Positions 49,748-58,019 of a DNA stretch of 64,000 bases are shown here, one piece after another (position 1 is the first letter of the stretch; the number at the start of each line of letters is the position of its first letter). The position numbers were made by a program, and so were the translations under genes. Source of the DNA: an uncultured Bacilli bacterium (GTDB taxonomy: Bacteria > Bacillota_I > Bacilli_A > RF39 > UBA660); NCBI GenBank assembly GCA_934100165.1, contig CAKOPN010000006.1:52837-116836 (forward strand), written 5' to 3'. Under the pieces are notes generated by a model. The model did no database searches. It was not told the origin of the DNA and saw only the letters and a list, made by a program, of their open reading frames with translations.

Positions 49748-49891
49748 TTAAAATTTCTCCTCTTGCCTCATATGTTTGTATAGCAACTTATCTATTTCAG
49801 AAGAAAAAAAACATGTACCACCTAATTTTTGATACGGTCTTCTAATACCACCTATTCCCGCAAATAAATCTATAAATTTAAAATCTGACAT
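49748..49891 (-). pseudogene. 5' fragment of a DNA (cytosine-5) methyltransferase gene
   Basis: ATG at 49891 follows GAGGTGA. It encodes [35 protein letters not shown]..., which is motif I FxGxGG plus motif II (SEID). It then goes out of frame and stops after 47 codons. Motif IV (PCQ) and later motifs are absent. Confidence 0.7.
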
Positions 49892-50084
49892 TTTTATCAC
49901 CTCACTATTGTACAATTTCTAGTACGCTCTCTATAAATAATTATAACACATATTTCGACATTTTTATTAAGGGTTTGGGAATTTCCCACAAAAGAATTTC
50001 TTACGGGAGTACAAATTCAGTGCTGGCTAGACAATAAACATACTCCTACATCAATTTTTTAATGTGTTTTATTTTTGAATTTAA

Positions 50085-51191
50085 TTACAAAGTATAGTTA
50101 CTTATTAATTGGAGTATAATCTGATTTCTTTGCATAACTAAACTTTCCGGTTCGTAAAAGCACATAAACATTTCATTTTTATCTACCGATTTTTTATATA
50201 ATTTCAAAAATAAAATTAAGTTTTTTCTTTGAAAATCAGTCATGTTTTCTAACAAACAAATTATATTTTGATAAGAATTTTGATCCAAAAAATCAAAAAA
50301 TTTATTCATAAAACCAATCATAACATCAGATAATTGTAATCGAATATTTTTCTTAGAATCTTCGAAATTATAATTAGTTATATCGCTATTTTTTAATTTA
50401 TCTTGAATTTCCGAAATCTCATCAAAGCAATGAAACGATTTATAAAATTTAACACACATATCTAAGTTCAACCCTGAATAACCATCAATTATTACTTTTT
50501 CAGAATTATTTTCTAAAAAAAATAATTGCTCCTTTTTTGAAAATTTTTTAAATAATTGTCTACAAGTTTCAAGACAAAATAACATATTAGTATCTGTTTC
50601 ATTAATCCAATTATACATTTTTTTGCAAAAAAACTCAATGCAATCTCCAGTAACATTGGGATAATTTGATTCTTCTAAAATATGTATAAACCTATTTATA
50701 TCTGTTTTTACATAAAAATATAATTCATCTTTCATTATTGGTGCTAAAAAAGAATATGTTTCTTTATATTTATCTAACAATAAAGAATCAACTATTTCTA
50801 TTATTACATCATAAAGATTATCAAAAGTAGAACAATGTAAATATATATCATTATCATACATAAATTCTAATATTTTATTTAAGTTTTTTCCTCTCAGGCA
50901 ATTTATAAATGTATCTGTTTTTCCTGTATTTATTTGTTTAAATTTTAATTCACCTTGTACATTTAATTTTTTTAATAAGTCGTCCCAATCAACCATATCA
51001 TCTTTATTTTTATCTAAAGTTAATCCACCTAATCTATATTTTTGTAAAAAATTATCAATATTTAAAATTTTGTTATCTTTAAACTGAAATTTAATAAAAT
51101 TATTTGTTTCATCATAATAAAAATTATTAACCACATTAGTATCATAACCTTGCTCAGTATAGTATTCTTCTAGCAATGCACTAAGACTCAT
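50085..51191 (-). CDS. Hypothetical protein, DUF3800-like candidate
   Basis: ATG at 51191 lies 9 nt after GAGGAG. N-terminal FYYDETNNF and C-terminal FEDSKKNIRLQLSDVMIGF resemble the DUF3800 D-E...DS..LQ.aD signature. Not verified by HMM. Confidence 0.4.
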   Translation of the reverse strand: MSLSALLEEYYTEQGYDTNVVNNFYYDETNNFIKFQFKDNKILNIDNFLQKYRLGGLTLDKNKDDMVDWDDLLKKLNVQGELKFKQINTGKTDTFINCLRGKNLNKILEFMYDNDIYLHCSTFDNLYDVIIEIVDSLLLDKYKETYSFLAPIMKDELYFYVKTDINRFIHILEESNYPNVTGDCIEFFCKKMYNWINETDTNMLFCLETCRQLFKKFSKKEQLFFLENNSEKVIIDGYSGLNLDMCVKFYKSFHCFDEISEIQDKLKNSDITNYNFEDSKKNIRLQLSDVMIGFMNKFFDFLDQNSYQNIICLLENMTDFQRKNLILFLKLYKKSVDKNEMFMCFYEPESLVMQRNQIILQLISNYTL

Positions 51192-51257
51192 AACAATCAA
51201 CTCCTCACATATATTATAACATTAAAAACACTACCATTTCTGATAGCGTTAATTTTT

Positions 51258-51557
51258 TTAATAATATCTTTTTAATCTTAATGGATTACTATTCTTCACT
51301 ACTAAATTATATTTTATTTTTAATATTTCTTTTATCTTAGGTATAAGTCTACTAATATCACACCTACAATTAAATATATCTACAGCAGAGTTAATATGAT
51401 TTATTAAATTACATTCTGATAAACAATGTCTACTATATACATTTGCTAAATAGAATGCAACTACATCTGGTATAACATAATTATTTAAATAATTATTAAC
51501 ATTGTTATAGAAAGGTAAATATATTTCTTCAAATTCTTTATTAGTTATATCACACAT
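51258..51557 (-). CDS. Hypothetical small protein
   Basis: 99-aa ORF overlapping the end of the tnpV-like gene by 8 nt. No recognisable motif. Confidence 0.5.
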   Translation of the reverse strand: MCDITNKEFEEIYLPFYNNVNNYLNNYVIPDVVAFYLANVYSRHCLSECNLINHINSAVDIFNCRCDISRLIPKIKEILKIKYNLVVKNSNPLRLKRYY

Positions 51558-51912
51558 AGATATACTCCTTTAAAATTATTTCTTCGACTTTATTTTTTAT
51601 ATTATTCATTTTACCTATCCATAACATTTGACTACTACTTTTTAATTCTTCAGTTATATTTTCTTTTTCAACAAGTTCTTTAATTAAACTTTGTTCTTTA
51701 TCAATAAGTGTAATATCAATATCATTCAAATACTCATTCAACTTATCTTTCATAAGTAGCTCAGTATATAATACTCTTTTATTCTTCTTTAAATACTCCA
51801 ATTTAAGTAATCCGTACTTTCCTAAATTAAATCTTTCTTTATTTTCTAATTTCAAATCTGGTAATAAATAATCACCAATTCTAGTGTAACTAATGCTCAT
51901 AATTTTCCTCAT
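51550..51912 (-). CDS. tnpV: TnpV-like protein (Tn4451-family accessory protein)
   Basis: SISYTRIGDYLLPDLKL...LGKYGLLKLEYLKKNKRVLYTELLMKDKLNEYLNDID...SSSQMLWIGKMNNIKNKVEEIILKEYIY matches my recollection of the TnpV family pattern. It is the first gene inside the right end of the element. The start may instead be ATG at 51900. Confidence 0.65.
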   Translation of the reverse strand: MRKIMSISYTRIGDYLLPDLKLENKERFNLGKYGLLKLEYLKKNKRVLYTELLMKDKLNEYLNDIDITLIDKEQSLIKELVEKENITEELKSSSQMLWIGKMNNIKNKVEEIILKEYIYV

Positions 51913-51955
51913 TTCTTTCTATTTTATTTGGTTTTAATTGTTATACATATTTCGT

Positions 51956-51972
51956 TACACAATGACCATCAC
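51956..51972. repeat. 17-bp terminal inverted repeat, right end
   Basis: TACACAATGACCATCAC is the reverse complement (16/17) of 39218-39234. Confidence 0.85.
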
Positions 51973-51981
51973 CACCACCTG
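51973..51981. repeat. 9-bp direct repeat flanking the element (right copy)
   Basis: CACCACCTG is identical to 39209-39217. Confidence 0.85.
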
Positions 51982-52243
51982 CATTTATGTGATTAGATAA
52001 AACAATTACATCAGAACTATTCCCAAAAGCATTTAAAATTCTATTTACTCTTTCATTTCTATCTAAAGTTTCATCTGTATCTCTTGTAATATAAACTGGT
52101 ACTCCTAGTTGTTTTAATCTATCATAAATGTAGTTAGCAACTTCTAAATTAAAATTTTTTTCGTAAATATTACCATTAACAGCACCTGAATCAACGCCTC
52201 CATGGCCAGCATCAACCACTACTTTTTTGATATTGTCATTCAT
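51973..52243 (-). pseudogene. N-acetylmuramoyl-L-alanine amidase (Amidase_3) gene, 5' fragment
   Basis: MNDNIKKVVVDAGHGGVDSGAV...VIVLSNHINAGG is the N-terminal half of Amidase_3. The track ORF continues 10 codons into the element (…GDGHCVTKYV*) to 51941. Confidence 0.85.
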
Positions 52244-52347
52244 AGTTTCACCTCACAATAAAATATGCAAATAATATGATTGTGTGAAAGTGCAACTATG
52301 AATTTTTAATATCTTTTGTTGCTGAAAGCTTTTTGATTCTCTGATAA

Positions 52348-53457
52348 TTACTTTTTTATCAAAATAACAGGAACATAAACCTCATCATCCGAGTATCCAG
52401 CATGCTGTGAATACAATACATCATCGCCTTCTGTTATTATACATTTTTGTGAATCGTTTGCTATAGCTATAAAGTCTCCGAGCGCATCATAAAATAGCTC
52501 GTTTACTTTTCCATCTCCAAATAACTTGCTATCAATAATATCTTGTCTATCATATAAATCAAACCATTTTCCAAATAGTTCATTAAACTTTATAGGAAAC
52601 TCATTTAAGCATTCTTTTTTTACTTTAAAAGAAACTGCTCTTTGCTCTAGTGATGTTGTTCTTTCCAACATATTTATTATTTCAGAATATTCTTCTAAAA
52701 AAATATGTTCAACTTTCATATGCCCATGGTCCGCTACAATTATTACTAAAGTATTCCTTAATTTTTTACACAAAGCTTCTACTTTATTATTTCTTTCCAA
52801 TATCAAATTTCTGGATTCTTCACTATTTGGTCCAAAACCGTGCATAGTGTGATCTGGTTCAGTGTCATAAGCATATATGAATTTTTTCTCTTTCTTTTTA
52901 GTTTCTGTCAAAATAATGTTTAACATATCATCTAAATCTTTATATACAACTGCATTACCTGTAGGAAAAGGAAATAACTCCATTGCAGAAAACTTTCCAC
53001 ATTCATTTATCTCATCTGCAATTGTCTTTGAAACAAGCTTATATTTAGCATCTAAAAAGTCATTACAAACTTCTTTCTTACCTTTTTCACTGTTCATAAA
53101 CAAAGTAATAGTTTTATCTATTGGCTTTATATACATATTCCAGCCAAGCCAACCATGCTCAATAGGATTTAATCCTGTTCTAATAGATGTTGTTGCCGCG
53201 GTAGTAGTTGCGGGAAATACTGTAGTTATGTCTTTGTAATCATTTTTAATAAAAAATGCATCTTCAGGTAAACTTCTTTTCAAAATATTAGAGCCCATTC
53301 CATCAAATAACATTAAAATAACATTATTTGGGTTATCTTTTTCTAATATCTTATCTATATAAGTAAGAGTATTATGTTCATAATCAAGACCGAAATATTT
53401 TCTTATAGAACATGCTAAATTTGTTAAGCATTCATTGTAATTATTTTTGACTTTCAC
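52348..53457 (-). CDS. Alkaline-phosphatase-superfamily protein (type I phosphodiesterase/nucleotide pyrophosphatase-like)
   Basis: LMLFDGMGSN, FPATTTAATTSIRTG and VIIVADHGH motifs. The likely start is GTG at 53457, 8 nt after AAGGAG. Confidence 0.8.
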   Translation of the reverse strand: MKVKNNYNECLTNLACSIRKYFGLDYEHNTLTYIDKILEKDNPNNVILMLFDGMGSNILKRSLPEDAFFIKNDYKDITTVFPATTTAATTSIRTGLNPIEHGWLGWNMYIKPIDKTITLFMNSEKGKKEVCNDFLDAKYKLVSKTIADEINECGKFSAMELFPFPTGNAVVYKDLDDMLNIILTETKKKEKKFIYAYDTEPDHTMHGFGPNSEESRNLILERNNKVEALCKKLRNTLVIIVADHGHMKVEHIFLEEYSEIINMLERTTSLEQRAVSFKVKKECLNEFPIKFNELFGKWFDLYDRQDIIDSKLFGDGKVNELFYDALGDFIAIANDSQKCIITEGDDVLYSQHAGYSDDEVYVPVILIKK

Positions 53458-53535
53458 GCATACCACTCCTTTTTGCTTTTATTATAACAATAAATTTAAT
53501 CAAATCATATATTATTCTTAGTGACTATTTCTTTT

Positions 53536-54504
53536 TTATAAAATTCTTACTTCTTTTATTTTATCTAATGTTTTTTTATCCCAACTAGAAGCTTGTACTT
53601 CTGCAATATGTTTTTTCCCTAGCAAAAACATTAACAATCTTGATTGACCAATTCCGCCGCCAATAGTATATGGTAATTCACCTTTTTCTATTTTTTGATG
53701 ATATGGAAGATGCATTCTATCTAAACAACCAGATTTTTCAAGCTGTGACATAAGTGACTTTCTATCAACCCTTATTCCCATAGAAGACAATTCTACAGCC
53801 TTGTCAATTACCTTGTCGTAAACTATCAAATCACCATCCAAGGACCAATCATCATAATCTGGGCTCCTTAAATCATGCTGTATGCCTGATTTCAACATGT
53901 CTCCTATTCCTATTATGAATACACACTTTTTTTCTTTCACTATTATTTCTTCTCTTTCTTTTGGTGTCTTACTTGGATACATATCTTCTAGTTCTTGACT
54001 AGTGATAAAAAATAATGATTTTGGTAAATCAACCATTTTCAACTTGCATTTTTTCTCAACAAATATGGCAGTTTGCCTTAATGATTTATAAATACTTTTT
54101 ACAGTCTCTTTTAAATAATCTATCGTTCTATCTTCTTTGCCAATAACCTTTTCCCAATCCCATTGTTCAATAAATAATGAATGAATATCATCTACTTTCT
54201 CATCTTTTCTAATTGCTTTCATATCCGTATATAGTCCTGTATACATAGGGAAATCATACCTTCCTAATGCATCTCTCTTCCACTTTGCTAGAGAATGGAC
54301 TATTTCGAATTTTTCACTTTCTTTTTTGAAACTTACTCCTTTTTCAACTCCGGTCAATGCATCTTGCAATCCCGAATCAGATTTAACAAATAACGGACTT
54401 TGAACCTTTACTAAAGACAGTCTTGATTCAAGCTGTCCTTCAAAAAATTTCTTTACTTTATCAATTATTTTTACGGTTTCTAAATAGCTTAATTCTTTTT
54501 TCAT
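53536..54504 (-). CDS. asnA: Aspartate--ammonia ligase (asparagine synthetase A)
   Basis: 322 aa, with ...YTIGGGIGQSRLLMFLLGKKHIAEVQ and a class-II aaRS-like core. Confidence 0.9.
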   Translation of the reverse strand: MKKELSYLETVKIIDKVKKFFEGQLESRLSLVKVQSPLFVKSDSGLQDALTGVEKGVSFKKESEKFEIVHSLAKWKRDALGRYDFPMYTGLYTDMKAIRKDEKVDDIHSLFIEQWDWEKVIGKEDRTIDYLKETVKSIYKSLRQTAIFVEKKCKLKMVDLPKSLFFITSQELEDMYPSKTPKEREEIIVKEKKCVFIIGIGDMLKSGIQHDLRSPDYDDWSLDGDLIVYDKVIDKAVELSSMGIRVDRKSLMSQLEKSGCLDRMHLPYHQKIEKGELPYTIGGGIGQSRLLMFLLGKKHIAEVQASSWDKKTLDKIKEVRIL

Positions 54505-54705
54505 ATTATACCTTCTTTCTTAATTTATCTTTATAAATAAACCAAAATAGATTGTAGGTACTATCCATTTTATTTATCATACATAAAATAGATTTAAAAA
54601 GACTTTCTTAAAACCATCTATTTATGTATATTTTAATTTTGATTTCAATTTTAGTTTTATATTATTGTCATTTTCATTAGACATATCTATCACTTCCTTA
54701 ATAAC

Positions 54706-54990
54706 AAATAAAAATACCCGTATCATCCTACAATAAGGACGAATACGGGTATCCGTGGTGCAACCTTAATTTATTACATTAAAACTATAAATAGTTTTAT
54801 AACATAGTAATCTTTTTTCAGTTCTAACAAACCTAGCAATATGATAACGGATTGCCAACCGGACTAGTCTACTAAGTTTTACCTTTCGGTAGTCTGCTCC
54901 AGAGTGTTTGTTCGTCAAACATTATTATTAGTTCACACTATACCTAACTCACTTGAATAATAGTTTTGATTACTTTTCTCTTTCATCGCA
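54706..54990 (-). promoter_or_regulatory. T-box riboswitch leader upstream of asnA
   Basis: Stem I starts GCGATGAAAGAGAAAAGTAAT. T-box sequence AAATTAAGGTTGCACCACGG (54753-54772). Terminator ATACCCGTAT...ATACGGGTAT (54714-54752) plus T-run. The candidate specifier lies in ..GACGAACAAACAC.. (AAC/Asn, or CAA). Confidence 0.85.
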
Positions 54991-54995
54991 CCTTA

Positions 54996-55024
54996 GATAT
55001 ATCATAAATTATTTAATATGTCAA
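54996..55024 (-). promoter_or_regulatory. Promoter of the asnA T-box leader
   Basis: On the minus strand: TTGACA (55019-55024), a 17-nt spacer, then TATATC (54996-55001). Confidence 0.65.
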
Positions 55025-55095
55025 ATTTTTCAATTTTATTACCTTTGAAAATCACATATTGTTTTTTTTAGAATACTTTACTATGAAGGAGTTTT

Positions 55096-55908
55096 ATGAT
55101 GTTAGATTTTTTTACTAATTTAAATCCAGTATTACAAGCATTTATTGCCACTCTTTTTACATGGAGTGTCACTATACTTGGAGCACTTTTAGTATTTTTC
55201 TTTAAGAAAGTAAATAAAACAGTTATGGATGGAATGCTTGGTTTCTCAGCAGGTGTTATGATTGCAGCAGCATTTTGGTCTTTATTATCTCCAGCATTAG
55301 AAATGGCAGAAAACTTGGAAATGATTCCTTGTTTGGTTGTATCTGTTGGCTTTCTTTTAGGTGGTGGCCTTTTATTTGCCGGAGATAAAATTTTTGATTT
55401 TTTTGATAGAAAATATGCTAAAAGATCAAAAGATGAAAGCATAAGTAGAAAAAGAGTTTTAATGCTTGTCTTTTCAATAACTCTCCATAATATACCTGAA
55501 GGACTTGCAGTAGGCGTTGCTTTTGGTTCTGTTTTCTATGGGTTAGAAGGTGCTACCTTAATGGCTGCTATTATCTTAGCATTAGGAATTGGCATTCAAA
55601 ATTTCCCAGAAGGAACTGCCGTTAGTGTTCCTCTTAGAAGAGAAGGATTCTCTCGTGGCAAAGCTTTCTTTTATGGTCAATTAAGTGGCATAGTTGAACC
55701 AATTTCTGGAGTTATTGGTGCACTACTTGTCTTAAAAGTAAGATACATACTACCATTTCTTTTAGCATTCGCTGGTGGTGCAATGATATATGTTGTTGTT
55801 CAAGAATTGATTCCTGCCAGTCAATCAAACGAAAAAAAAGAGTTTATGGCTCTTTCTACGTTAATTGGATTTGTTCTTATGATGGTACTTGATGTTGCTC
55901 TTGGCTAA
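55096..55908 (+). CDS. ZIP-family divalent metal (zinc) transporter
   Basis: HNIPEGLAVGVAF and QNFPEGTAVSVPL signature helices; about 8 TM. GAAGGAG lies upstream (ATG at 55096 or 55099). Confidence 0.9.
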   Translation: MMLDFFTNLNPVLQAFIATLFTWSVTILGALLVFFFKKVNKTVMDGMLGFSAGVMIAAAFWSLLSPALEMAENLEMIPCLVVSVGFLLGGGLLFAGDKIFDFFDRKYAKRSKDESISRKRVLMLVFSITLHNIPEGLAVGVAFGSVFYGLEGATLMAAIILALGIGIQNFPEGTAVSVPLRREGFSRGKAFFYGQLSGIVEPISGVIGALLVLKVRYILPFLLAFAGGAMIYVVVQELIPASQSNEKKEFMALSTLIGFVLMMVLDVALG

Positions 55909-56584
55909 GTTCTAAGTACCTTTGATAATCAAATCTATAATGTCCTGTAATGGGACTTTTTTTATTCCAACTTAATAGTGCATCTTCTTCTCTTAAAGGC
56001 TGTCCTGCATTGTGAATCAAATAAGGAATACCATCTTTATTTCTCTTATCCGAAATAATACCTATGTGCGTTGTTCCAAAAATTACTATATCTCCTGGCA
56101 TCCACTGCTCTATATCAGTTGGATCTGTAGTTAAATTTATGGCATATCTTTCAAAAAATACTTTTAGATTTTTAACTCTTCTAAAATCAATATTTGTATC
56201 TCTTTTACCATTTACTCTTGGATATAGTTCTATATTGTTTTTGATATCTTCGTCAACTAAATCTTTTAGTATAATTCCAGCGTTTTTAAAAGCTCTCCAT
56301 ACAGTATCTGTACATACACCTTCATTATCAGGTGGATATCCTCCACTATAGTACACACTTTTATATTTAGGATGATTTTTAGCATCCATTCTTGCACCAT
56401 TTAATATATCTGTATAATCATCTATTCCATTATTGTTAGTATCATTTTGACTTTTTATAACCTCTATTCCAAAATCTTTTGCAGAGTATGACTTCTTATA
56501 TTTTGGATATAAATAGTATTTAGTTGCAACATACAATATGACTACAAATATACTTATTATTATAATTAAAATTTTTCTTTTCAT
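55877..56584 (-). CDS. DUF1287-family protein (N-terminal TM anchor)
   Basis: GVCTDTVWRAFKNAGI...DTNIDFRRV.NL..FF...W.PGDIVIF...HIGIISDK pattern. The 3' end overlaps the ZIP gene convergently by 32 nt. Confidence 0.6.
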   Translation of the reverse strand: MKRKILIIIISIFVVILYVATKYYLYPKYKKSYSAKDFGIEVIKSQNDTNNNGIDDYTDILNGARMDAKNHPKYKSVYYSGGYPPDNEGVCTDTVWRAFKNAGIILKDLVDEDIKNNIELYPRVNGKRDTNIDFRRVKNLKVFFERYAINLTTDPTDIEQWMPGDIVIFGTTHIGIISDKRNKDGIPYLIHNAGQPLREEDALLSWNKKSPITGHYRFDYQRYLELSQEQHQVPS

Positions 56585-56585
56585 A

Positions 56586-57524
56586 TTACTTATTTATCAT
56601 ATTGCTATCATAAAATAACGGTAGCAATACATATCCCTTGCTTTGTAGATATTCTATCATATCAGGAAGTATTGATAAAGTAATTTTGCTATAATCATGA
56701 AGTAATACAACTTCTATGTTTTGATCTATTGTAGATGTAAATATACTCCAAGCTTGTTCTTTTGTTTTTAAATTTCCACCATCACCATCTTGTGCCGACC
56801 AGTCTACCCAACCATAGTTCATTTTTCTTAACTCTGTAATAATCGGTTGTTTTAAACCTTTTGCAGTGGAACTTCCACCTGGAAATCTAACTATATTTGT
56901 TAAATATCCACCCGTTTGTTCTTTAACTTGATTCTCCTGATTCTTTACAGCAGTAATAAAATTATCAGTGCTTTTGTATAAGCTTCCTCTTATTGCATGA
57001 GTAAATGTATGATTAGCAATAGTATGGCCATATTTCAAATATTCTTTGTATACTAAGTAACAATTTTCACTTTTTTTATCATAACAATATTCACCGTTAA
57101 TTGTTGTTGTAAAAAATGTAGCTTTGGCATTATACTTTTCTAATACTTTTAGAACTTCATATGTATTATAGTAAGGACCATCATCAAATGTTAGGTATGC
57201 TATTTTTTTATCCGACTTTTTACTAATTATTGCATCTTCTAAAGTTTTAATACTGGAATAGTAATCTTTTTTTACTTCTTTAATAGCATTATCTAAATTT
57301 TCTAAGTCTTTTATTTTTTCTTCTTCTTGTTGCACTTCTGCATTCAAAGTTTCCAATTCTTTGACTTTATCATTATAATTTTTTTCTTGTGTTCCAGATT
57401 CACTGTTTAATTTTTCTTTTTCTTTATACACAATATAATTCATTACAATTGTTACTGATAATAAAATAATTACAAATATAAACACTATAGTAAATCCTGA
57501 ATTTCTTTTAACATTTTTTTCCAT
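56586..57524 (-). CDS. Polysaccharide deacetylase (NodB homology domain), membrane anchored with a coiled-coil linker
   Basis: AYLTFDDGP, HTFTH and LLHD motifs; N-terminal TM. Confidence 0.88.
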   Translation of the reverse strand: MEKNVKRNSGFTIVFIFVIILLSVTIVMNYIVYKEKEKLNSESGTQEKNYNDKVKELETLNAEVQQEEEKIKDLENLDNAIKEVKKDYYSSIKTLEDAIISKKSDKKIAYLTFDDGPYYNTYEVLKVLEKYNAKATFFTTTINGEYCYDKKSENCYLVYKEYLKYGHTIANHTFTHAIRGSLYKSTDNFITAVKNQENQVKEQTGGYLTNIVRFPGGSSTAKGLKQPIITELRKMNYGWVDWSAQDGDGGNLKTKEQAWSIFTSTIDQNIEVVLLHDYSKITLSILPDMIEYLQSKGYVLLPLFYDSNMINK

Positions 57525-57757
57525 TTTTCATACTCCTCAATTTTTTCTTTACTACTGTCTTTTATTTCTTCATATTTATTTTTATATTCTTGAATTTTGT
57601 TTTTTTGTGCTTCAATATTATTATTTATTTCTTCTACTTCTTTAACCTTATTTTCATTTTTATCTTTGTTTTGTAAATAATCATTGCAGTTATAAAGCAA
57701 GAATCCTCCGGAAGCAACAGTTAATAAACTCACGAATACAAACAGAACTTTCTTCAT
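57485..57757 (-). CDS. Small membrane-anchored coiled-coil protein
   Basis: ATG at 57757 follows AGGTGA; MKKVLFVFVSLLTVASGGFLL plus a K/E-rich helix. Confidence 0.6.
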   Translation of the reverse strand: MKKVLFVFVSLLTVASGGFLLYNCNDYLQNKDKNENKVKEVEEINNNIEAQKNKIQEYKNKYEEIKDSSKEKIEEYEKWKKMLKEIQDLL

Positions 57758-58019
57758 ATTATCACCTATAATAATTTTAGTATAAACCATCTTGATAGTC
57801 AACTTGTTGAAGTAAAGTAACATAATAAAATTATTTACTCTACATTTTAAAACTTTTTATTGATTACATTCCTTTTTATTTGGCAAAATAAAGCATTTTG
57901 TAAATTACTTTTTTAAAATTCATTCATAGTTTTATTCTTATTTCTAAATTTGAAGGCTTTATGTTCAACATTGTACATGATATAATTATGGTGATATATC
58001 ATGCTAACGAAAGAGAGAA

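Larger units (their letters stand above)
39218..51972. mobile_element. 12,755-bp integrative element (large-serine-recombinase / TnpV type) inserted in the amidase gene, carrying defence-like cargo
   Basis: Bounded by 17-bp inverted repeats and 9-bp direct repeats. It encodes a large serine recombinase and a TnpV-like protein. It interrupts an otherwise continuous Amidase_3-LysM ORF. It is visibly more AT-rich than the flanks. No phage structural genes are present. Confidence 0.85.

Noticed and set aside
39218-51972. Possibility that the inserted element is a prophage.
   Set aside because: There are no capsid, portal, terminase, tail or holin genes, and it is only 12.8 kb. The content (recombinase, TnpV, HTH proteins, defence-like cargo) fits a Tn4451-like integrative element or island.
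55068-55442. Minus-strand 124-aa ORF.
   Set aside because: It lies entirely inside the well-supported ZIP transporter gene on the opposite strand.
55877-55908. 32-nt convergent overlap of the ZIP transporter and DUF1287 genes as a possible antisense regulatory arrangement.
   Set aside because: Short convergent overlaps are common in compact genomes. The C-terminal tail of the DUF1287 ORF may simply be a non-conserved extension, and there is no structural signal.
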